Shown in pieces: positions 34,501 to 40,408 of a stretch of 40,408 nucleotides of DNA. A program made the translations under genes and the position numbers. Location of the stretch: positions 1 to 40,408 of the IMG/VR virus record IMGVR_UViG_3300048769_000033; one strand, given 5' to 3'. The notes under the pieces were generated by a model. That model worked only from the letters and a program-made list of their open reading frames with translations, made no database searches and was not told the origin of the DNA. How positions within the stretch are numbered: the first letter of the stretch is position 1; every line of letters starts with the position of its first letter. The stretch is from a virus (Duplodnaviria > Caudoviricetes).

Positions 34501-37493
34501 GGCAGATCAACGTAAAAGGAGCACCAGCCAATGAACAGCGGAACAGCCCAGAGCAGCCTGCCAATTCAGTTGCAAACGGTGGACAAGAGGAGGCCCAAGG
34601 TGCCATTCAAAAGCCAGCAGCGCAAGTGGATGAACGCCAACCGGGACAAGGTGGGCGCGAAGACGGTGGACGAGTTCAACCAGTCCAGCAAGGGGTTGAA
34701 CCTGCCCGAGAAAGCGCCGTCAAGCCGGGCGGGAAAGCGGATAGCCAAAAAGAAGTAGAACCAAAATTCAAGCACGGCAATACTCAAGCCGACATCCCCC
34801 CCGGCAGCGACGCAGGGAAGGCACTCGCCCGTATGCGTAAATCCATTCTCCCGGAAGACCTCGCGGGCGACGGGCTGGTCAACGATTCGCATATTACTGT
34901 GCGCTATGGCATCGATGCGGCGAAAGAGAACCTTGCAAACATGGAAAAGATCGCCGCCGAAGCCAAGCAAAAGAAGTCAGACCTTGGCAGCACGTTCTAC
35001 TCCGGCTTTGGCGACCCTGCACTATTCGCCCGCATCTTCCCCAACCCCGCCGAGCGCATAGCCGATTGGCTGTCCGACGCTCCCACATCCGGCGACACTC
35101 AGCGCGCCATGATGCGCGAGACGCGCGGAGAGATGGACCGCAAGGTAGCCATCGCTATCCATAAACTCAAGGACGCCTCGAAAGACTGGCGTACCCGCAG
35201 CCGCGACGACTCCATGAAGTTCTGGAATGCAGTTGAGGCCGGAAAGGTAGACTCGCTCCCCGCCAAGGACCGCGCCCTGGCTAATCTCTTCAAGGCTGGA
35301 TTCGACAACATGCGCGAGCAACTCCAGGCGCTCAAGCCGGAAGTCTTGCAGGACTACATCGAGAACTACTTCCCGCACGTCTGGGAGCGTCCATCGCAGG
35401 TATCGGCCACCATCAAAGCCATGCTCAACGGCAAGAAGCCTTTCGCCGGTAAAGCATCATTCCTGAAACAGCGCACCATCCCGACCATGCAGGATGGCAT
35501 AGACCTTGGATTCAAGCCGATAAGCTGGAACCCTGTCGATTCATTTCTGACCAAGTACGCCGAGATGGCGCAGTTCCTGATGGGCCACCAAACCTTGCAG
35601 GTGATGAAGAATGCCGGAACCGCGCGGCAAGTGCGCGTAGGCAACCAGCCGCCCGAGGGATGGACCCAACTTGACGACCGCATCGGGACTGTCCACAGCT
35701 ACGACGATGACGGACACCTGTACATTCGCGGCCACTACTACGCCCCCGCCGACGCCGCCCGCATCTTCAACAACTTCGTCTCGCGGGGCATGGCTGGACG
35801 GTCCACGATCTACGACACTTTGAACTGGGCCAACCAAAACCTCAACGCTCTCCAGCTTGGCATCTCCGCATTCCACGCATCGACCACGAGCATCAACGCC
35901 GTAACATCTGACGTTGCCCTGGGCATCCAGCAACTTGCCGAAGGGAAACCTCTGCGCGCCGGCATCTCACTGGCCACAGGGGCAGCGGTTCCCGTCTCGA
36001 TAGCCCGCACACTCATCAACGGCACTCGGCTGATGAAGGAGTATCTGGAGCCCGGCAGCTACGCCAAGATGCGGAAAGAGGCGGAGGCGCTGACAAGTGC
36101 TGGTGGCCGCATCCGTCAGAACACCATCGAGATCAAACCCCTGCAAAAGATCATCAACGCCTGGCGCAATGGCGCGGTGCTCGAAGGTCTGACGCCGATC
36201 CCAGGTGCCATCCTCCGTGCCACGGTCGCGCCGGTCATGGAGTTCTACGTGCCGCGAATAAAGCTCGGGGCCTTCTACGCCATGGCGCATAATATCCTGG
36301 ACAGCGCGCAGCGGGGCGACTGGAGCGATGGACTGGTGCGCTCCCGGATGCAGGAGGCGTGGGACTCTATCGACAACCGATTCGGACAAGTCGTCTACGA
36401 TAATCTCTTCTGGCATAAGGGCGTGCGCGATGCGCTCAACCTGGCCACCCGCTCAGTGGGCTGGAACTACGGCAGCTACCGGGAACTCGGCGGAGCGGTT
36501 GCCGATGTTGCCCGACAGGCAGGACGCGCGGCCAGCGGACAGGTCCCCCGCGTCACTCCCCGGCTGGCTTTCGGTATCGCTCTGCCGCTAGTTAGCGCGC
36601 TCTTTGGAGGCATCCTAACCTACCTCTGGACCGGCAAGCGCCCCGACGAGTGGAAGGATTACTTCTACCCCAAGACTGCGAACGGTGAGCGGCACTCTAT
36701 TCCTGGCTACATGAAGGACGTATTCTCATTCCAGCACGCCCCCGGAAAGACCGTCCTCAATAAGATGGCCCCGATATGGGAGGCAACTTCTGAGGCAATC
36801 GAGAACCGCGACTTTTACGGCACCGAGATCCGCCACAAGGATAATCCCCTGATGGCGCAGCTTGGCCAGTTCTCCCGCTGGGCCGGCAGCCAGACCGTCC
36901 CGTTTGCAATCTCCGGTGCCGAGAAACTACTCCAGCAGCGCGGCTCGGGTCCATCACTGGCCGAGATGCTGGCCGAAGCAAAGAAGCACCCCGGCGACGT
37001 GGCTCTAGCTCAACTTGGATTCCAGCCAGCACCGGCATTCATTCAGAACAGCCCCGCTCTCAACATGGCCCGCGAATACAACCGCGACAATCGCCCCCCG
37101 GGCACCAAGACCCAGGAGCAATCAGACCACTACAAGGCTCTCGATGCCGTAGTCGAGATGTACCGCTCTGGCGATGTGGACGATAAGCAGATTGATCGCT
37201 ACGTTGAAAAAGGCGTCCTCTCCGACAAGGATGTAGACAAAGCCGCCCGCGAATCGGATCAGCAGCCCATCGCCCGCGCTGTCCAGAACCTCTCCATTGA
37301 GCAGATGCTGAACGTATGGGAGAAGGCATCCCCAGATGAACGCGAGGCTATGGAACCTATCTTGGCTCGTCATGAGCGGGACATCGACAAAGAGACTGAC
37401 GATGACCGGCGCGAACAACTGCATGCGGCATTCGACAAGGCTATGAACGAGACAGAGCAAGGACCAGCAACGGCGGGAGGGCCGATCATCTAA
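31530..37493 (+). CDS. Large polyvalent ejection protein (RelA/SpoT-like, HAD-like, ART-PolyVal-like, partial 2H, LPD38-like C-terminus)
   Basis: RVKTAESIKNK/DNLAVRVV/ELQV; VDFDGTL; YHGT...LNIKNPL...GYDGLVY...VAFDQRQI; HITVRYG; EAIENRDFYGTEI. Confidence 0.8.
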   Translation: MATSPVQFDETTAVPIGGGQQWDESTAVPLPKAAAQPAKPTPTLGGQLPNGTLSAASEPSLFDRARDSVGNSIVGKALGMESTLVPGSPEYRQTREAMPQLPGWANEPLLKKEQDWESSWNPILKQQRDREAQVSQQFDTAHPIIGGVARGVSDTIQGMTSPANLAMLAAAPESKIISGFFATQAAKGAYDNAEQAYQAWRIGLNGEAAKYLTESGLSAVIAGLAGRSALKGAFPVDTGRPSITEPKTSGGESERARLGAGARPPVEFPPDTPVFPLQPTGAPRLQASTPGEAPPNPQNSPGPVNPSTAIERTKPPTQFAPRPEIPADKGVIVDEQGNALPVRPGLPAPRDTANRAKPIIPKVVPPPAPVPPVPPQLGSAAIMATPTNIQPAPESPQAAPAPIQVTTPAAPVQQPQAPGTAEARPVVQASTDPAQLRQSAQQQQPALEQMAGQVAAAVPGAEVVGPRVKTAESIKNKDDRGKAPETNIDNLAVRVVASSPDDVPAIQQVIERQLPVASKDTIDSNGLNIPQYAIQTGKPGEPNQVSELQVIPGPATAKAMKETDPLYAKQKEALAEAASEKPGSWQQKASQRVADDLGAQLSGILDKAKAQDAKATPKKPDTPQVAAMSGTAPMGAQPASGPKPLVKGTLVTLKDGTKGTIKGGNANEPNGGRWIVTTHKGSVLANGKDLKTEAPAEAVTPPVQQGQPAPGAPRPVGKPLMKRIEQIKALVAKGQKVVIFSSEADNPTLHEALHQVGLGGLPVTNIKGPDFSALLDNEVNVPTNADEPMEIPEIAAGKAIYVDFDGTLFTQPGGVEKQEAKGGAGEPIRAYHGTAAQFEGAPRTDGLGAHFAPERKLAEDFSKGSSGREPGRVIEAELNIKNPLRIKDHGFPHSDAEATVEDFIKQGVLPKEFSDGLVGRLVKRSEELQKGIDQTLPRAEYKKQHNDAYQTANNEELVKVKKYLQSKGYDGLVYDNTLEGHGDSYVAFDQRQINVKGAPANEQRNSPEQPANSVANGGQEEAQGAIQKPAAQVDERQPGQGGREDGGRVQPVQQGVEPARESAVKPGGKADSQKEVEPKFKHGNTQADIPPGSDAGKALARMRKSILPEDLAGDGLVNDSHITVRYGIDAAKENLANMEKIAAEAKQKKSDLGSTFYSGFGDPALFARIFPNPAERIADWLSDAPTSGDTQRAMMRETRGEMDRKVAIAIHKLKDASKDWRTRSRDDSMKFWNAVEAGKVDSLPAKDRALANLFKAGFDNMREQLQALKPEVLQDYIENYFPHVWERPSQVSATIKAMLNGKKPFAGKASFLKQRTIPTMQDGIDLGFKPISWNPVDSFLTKYAEMAQFLMGHQTLQVMKNAGTARQVRVGNQPPEGWTQLDDRIGTVHSYDDDGHLYIRGHYYAPADAARIFNNFVSRGMAGRSTIYDTLNWANQNLNALQLGISAFHASTTSINAVTSDVALGIQQLAEGKPLRAGISLATGAAVPVSIARTLINGTRLMKEYLEPGSYAKMRKEAEALTSAGGRIRQNTIEIKPLQKIINAWRNGAVLEGLTPIPGAILRATVAPVMEFYVPRIKLGAFYAMAHNILDSAQRGDWSDGLVRSRMQEAWDSIDNRFGQVVYDNLFWHKGVRDALNLATRSVGWNYGSYRELGGAVADVARQAGRAASGQVPRVTPRLAFGIALPLVSALFGGILTYLWTGKRPDEWKDYFYPKTANGERHSIPGYMKDVFSFQHAPGKTVLNKMAPIWEATSEAIENRDFYGTEIRHKDNPLMAQLGQFSRWAGSQTVPFAISGAEKLLQQRGSGPSLAEMLAEAKKHPGDVALAQLGFQPAPAFIQNSPALNMAREYNRDNRPPGTKTQEQSDHYKALDAVVEMYRSGDVDDKQIDRYVEKGVLSDKDVDKAARESDQQPIARAVQNLSIEQMLNVWEKASPDEREAMEPILARHERDIDKETDDDRREQLHAAFDKAMNETEQGPATAGGPII
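34600..34758 (+). CDS. Nested 52-aa basic protein (MPFKSQQRKWMNAN...LPEK) in the +1 frame inside the polyvalent gene
   Basis: GAGGAGG RBS at 34587-34593, GTG 34600; alternative start ATG 34531 with AAGGAG; resembles small MPFKS-type phage proteins. Confidence 0.6.
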   Translation: MPFKSQQRKWMNANRDKVGAKTVDEFNQSSKGLNLPEKAPSSRAGKRIAKKK

Positions 37494-38083
37494 TGGAAGT
37501 CGACACAGCCGTACCTATCCCCCTTGAACCGCAACTCCTGCGCTTTGTTGACGCCTATGTCTCTTGCCGGGACGTTAAGAAAGCGGCTCTAGAGTCTGGC
37601 TTTGCAGCCAAGGATGGCATGGCGATCTACCGCCGCAAGCCGGTATTTGAGGAGATCAGCCGGCGCATGGAGCCGATCGAGACCGCGATTGCCGTCCAGG
37701 TCGTCAAGAAGCGCACCATCAACGTGGAGATGCTGGACAAGGAACTGAAGCAGGTTATCACCATCCCGCGCAAGACGCTAGAGGCGACGCCCAGCCTGGC
37801 CACGCCCAAGGTCAATGCTATCGAGTTGGGATACAAGAGGGTCGGCCTGCTGCTCGACGACAACTTTGTGCCCGACGCATCGAGCGGCCCGGCCAAAGAG
37901 GAAGCTCCCAGGATCTACCGGCCGTCTGAGCAGACCATCATTACCCACCAGATCACCGAGACGCGGCAGGTAGTCACCCAGCGCAGCGGACAGACCTATT
38001 CTCCACAGGTTGCACAGGCCCCTGTTCAAAACACGCCAACGATCGAGGCACAAGTCGAAGACGATCCATGGGCCAACTTTTGA
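37493..38083 (+). CDS. terS: Terminase small subunit
   Basis: Q..RFVDAY...DVKKAALESGF HTH pattern and KVNAIELGYKRVG; upstream of terL. Confidence 0.7.
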   Translation: MEVDTAVPIPLEPQLLRFVDAYVSCRDVKKAALESGFAAKDGMAIYRRKPVFEEISRRMEPIETAIAVQVVKKRTINVEMLDKELKQVITIPRKTLEATPSLATPKVNAIELGYKRVGLLLDDNFVPDASSGPAKEEAPRIYRPSEQTIITHQITETRQVVTQRSGQTYSPQVAQAPVQNTPTIEAQVEDDPWANF

Positions 38084-38127
38084 GGTAAAATGGGGGCTGA
38101 GATCAAAGCGCCGTGGAGGGCGCTCCA

Positions 38128-38691
38128 ATGGACCAGCTTGAACTGGCTTCCCAGCCCACTCCCGAGTATCGCACAATCCCATTGACCAAGGGACAGGCGA
38201 CCATTGTTGACGCCGATGATTACGAATGGCTGTCTCTTTACAAGTGGTACGCGACTTGGTGCGAGAACAGCCAGAGTTTTTACGCTGTCCGCTCATCGTC
38301 TCGGAAAGAGATAGGTGGCCGCCACCAGATTTACATGCACCGCGAGATTCTCGGATTGAAACGCGGTGACCCAAGGCAGGGAGATCACGAAGAGATCACC
38401 CACACCTTAGACAATCGACGCTCTAATCTGCGCATCTCGACTGTTTTAGAGAACAAGCAAAACGCGCGCGCCACGCGGAAGAACACGAGCGGATTTATTG
38501 GCGTTTACGCCCACAGACAGAATGACTGTTTTGTCGCTGTCATATCGCACTTGAACAAGCACACTCACATCGGATGCTTCAAAACCAAAGAGTCGGCAGC
38601 CAAAGCCCGCGACAGAAAAGCGATTGAACTGCGCGGCCAGTTTGCACGATTGAATTTTCCAAAAGAGGATTATGGCTTTAACCTTGCTTGA
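38128..38691 (+). CDS. HNH-AP2 homing endonuclease
   Basis: IPLTKG...VDADDY...YMHREI...DH...LDNRRSNLR....N; AP2 part TSGFIGV...HIGCF...AAKARD...GQFARLNFP; GGAGG RBS at 38115. Confidence 0.9.
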   Translation: MDQLELASQPTPEYRTIPLTKGQATIVDADDYEWLSLYKWYATWCENSQSFYAVRSSSRKEIGGRHQIYMHREILGLKRGDPRQGDHEEITHTLDNRRSNLRISTVLENKQNARATRKNTSGFIGVYAHRQNDCFVAVISHLNKHTHIGCFKTKESAAKARDRKAIELRGQFARLNFPKEDYGFNLA

Positions 38692-40219
38692 AGATAGAGG
38701 TTTCATTCCACTTCCGGCCAACTTATCAGAAGTATCTGGCTGGAAGCCTGGAAGCTCTCCGCAGTTGAGCGCACTAGATTGCCGCGCGCAGATGCTATTG
38801 TATGGCGGAACTTCAGGTTCAATGAAAACTAACCTGCTCGTTGCTGACTCTGCTCAGGAGTTTGATAATAGTCATTTCAGAGGGGTTTTACTTCGTAAGT
38901 CATATACAGAAATGACGAACATTATGGATGAGATGGAGAAGATTTACTCTCCACTCGGCGGCCGAAAGTCGGACGGAGGAAAGATATGGCGTTTCCCCTC
39001 CGGTGGCATCATGCGCCTTGGATACTTAGCCAAAGATACCGACGTAGAGTTATACACCGGAAAGCCTATTTCATGGCTGGGAATAGACGAGGCGCAATTC
39101 CAAACAGAGGATAGGGTTCGATCCCTATTGCCGTGGGTAGCAACGCCCCCCGAGTGGGGCTTGAGAGATAGAATTCGATTGACGGCAAACCCTTCAACGC
39201 CATGGTTAAAATACGTTTTTCTAAACAACGAATGCCCGGTCTGTCATCCAGAGCGATCGGTTATTCCATGCGCCGTATACGGAGGGTCTCGCTGGAAAAA
39301 AGATGACAGTCCGACCATGCTTACCACTGCATTTATCCCTGGAAAACTCAGCGATAATCCCTACTACGATGAGCGAAAGATGAACATGCTCAAGTCGCAG
39401 ACCGCAGATATTCAAAAGAAGTTACTGGTAGGGTGTTGGTGTGCGACCGAGGGCGCATTCTTCCCGTTCATGAACGAGAGCTACATCATGCCGTACAGCG
39501 AGTGCGGCGAGCAGTGGTGGATGACCCACTTTATCTCGATGGATTACGGATACTCTGGGTCGGCCGCGGCGACGGGCCTCTACTTTATGCACGAGAACAC
39601 GCGCATCTATAAGATTGCCGAGGATGTCGAGCGCAAGATGAAGTCAGAGGAGTACGCGCACCACATCGCGCGGAAGTTTATTCAGCGCATCGGGCCGGGC
39701 GGGCAGCAGTGCCGGATTGTCTCAGGGTACGCAGACCCCGCCATGGATGCCCACACCGGTACCGGCAAGAGTAACCTCGACTTGATCAACGATGTGCTGG
39801 TACTCAATGGGGTTACGCTCACCAAGGCATCCAAGGACAGCGTGGGCAATGCTCAGCTACTCAGTGGTAAGTTGAGCAGGGGAGAATTCATCGTCACTGA
39901 CCTCTGCCCGAAGACTTACGAGAGTCTGACCAGCAGGAAGACGGACCCTGAACGCCCTGGTGCCATCCTCAAGGTGTCCGGTGAGGATCTTGACGATGTG
40001 CTCGACGAGACGCTTTACGGCCTGAACCAGTTCCTGACCGGCGAGAAAAAGCCTGATCAGGTTGCAACAGAGGAGAGGGTCCAGGCGCTCATTGCGGCTG
40101 GCGTCGATCAGCGGTCGATTGCGGTTACGCGGTGGAAGATGGAGCAGGCGTCGGCGAAGTTGGCGGCACCTGTTACCATGGGTCGGCCTGGTCTTGGTCG
40201 GGCGCAGATACATCGTTAG
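38672..40219 (+). CDS. terL: Terminase large subunit
   Basis: LYGGTSGSMKT (Walker A variant), WLGIDEA (Walker B), LTANP, nuclease motifs SMDYG, YADPA, DDVLDETLYG. Confidence 0.93.
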   Translation: MALTLLEDRGFIPLPANLSEVSGWKPGSSPQLSALDCRAQMLLYGGTSGSMKTNLLVADSAQEFDNSHFRGVLLRKSYTEMTNIMDEMEKIYSPLGGRKSDGGKIWRFPSGGIMRLGYLAKDTDVELYTGKPISWLGIDEAQFQTEDRVRSLLPWVATPPEWGLRDRIRLTANPSTPWLKYVFLNNECPVCHPERSVIPCAVYGGSRWKKDDSPTMLTTAFIPGKLSDNPYYDERKMNMLKSQTADIQKKLLVGCWCATEGAFFPFMNESYIMPYSECGEQWWMTHFISMDYGYSGSAAATGLYFMHENTRIYKIAEDVERKMKSEEYAHHIARKFIQRIGPGGQQCRIVSGYADPAMDAHTGTGKSNLDLINDVLVLNGVTLTKASKDSVGNAQLLSGKLSRGEFIVTDLCPKTYESLTSRKTDPERPGAILKVSGEDLDDVLDETLYGLNQFLTGEKKPDQVATEERVQALIAAGVDQRSIAVTRWKMEQASAKLAAPVTMGRPGLGRAQIHR

Positions 40220-40385
40220 CCGCGCATTGGGAACGAGACGTTGAAGTCTTTGGTCCCCCTTTACCCCCATGATTTGGACCATATGGCATTGATTTGCTTG
40301 TGTCAAGTGGGTTATGTTGGCGAGTTGGCAGTTGAGCACTTGCGATTCAAAGGTATTCTTACGTTTGTTTTGTGTTGTTTACGAG
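40220..40385. repeat. Right copy of inverted repeat
   Basis: Reverse complement of 1-166 with one mismatch; starts at the base immediately after the terL TAG. Confidence 0.98.
40278..40306 (-). promoter_or_regulatory. Putative sigma70 promoter in right repeat, antisense to terL
   Basis: Mirror copy of TTGACA-17-TATGGT on the minus strand. Confidence 0.55.
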
Positions 40386-40408
40386 CAGTTTTGTGATGGC
40401 GGGCACAA

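Larger units (their letters stand above)
1..40408 (+). mobile_element. Tailed (podovirus-like) phage structural/lysis/packaging module flanked by inverted repeats
   Basis: Co-oriented, tightly packed ORFs including terL (Walker A/B, nuclease Asp motifs), terS, portal-scaffold-capsid synteny, nozzle-like and ejection-like proteins; no tape measure or sheath recognised. Confidence 0.93.

Noticed and set aside
31530-37493. Tape measure protein
   Set aside because: No tail tube or chaperone genes and no TMP repeats; domain content and neighbours fit a podoviral ejection protein
1-40408. Protein-primed (phi29/tectivirus-like) genome, transposon with TIRs, or DGR
   Set aside because: No PolB, terminal protein, transposase or reverse transcriptase recognised; packaging is by TerS/TerL

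Overview
The window is the almost entirely + strand virion-morphogenesis, lysis and packaging module of a podovirus-like (P22/T7-type short tail) dsDNA phage. Its host is probably a diderm; Acidobacteria-like is my inference, not established. It is bracketed by a 166-bp near-perfect inverted repeat (1-166 / 40220-40385, one mismatch) that carries a consensus sigma70 promoter pointing inward from both ends. Gene order: small unknown ORFs; five consecutive fibre/adhesin/GH16 genes that all carry Sec-type signal peptides, three of them sharing a Cys-paired N-terminal domain; a lysis region (TM protein, holin-like TM + internal signal peptide + beta-barrel-like fusion, structured RNA leader, Tlde1/DUF2778 L,D-transpeptidase-family enzyme); KTSC; portal; scaffold; major capsid; HNH; adaptor/nozzle/tail genes; GNAT-like protein; three ejection-type proteins (one with a Hint domain, one a 1987-aa polyvalent protein with RelA/SpoT-like, permuted HAD, ART and truncated 2H modules and a nested gene); terS; HNH-AP2; terL. 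I recognised no replication, integrase, repressor, tRNA, rRNA or CRISPR features. All family calls come from motifs read by eye; no searches were run.
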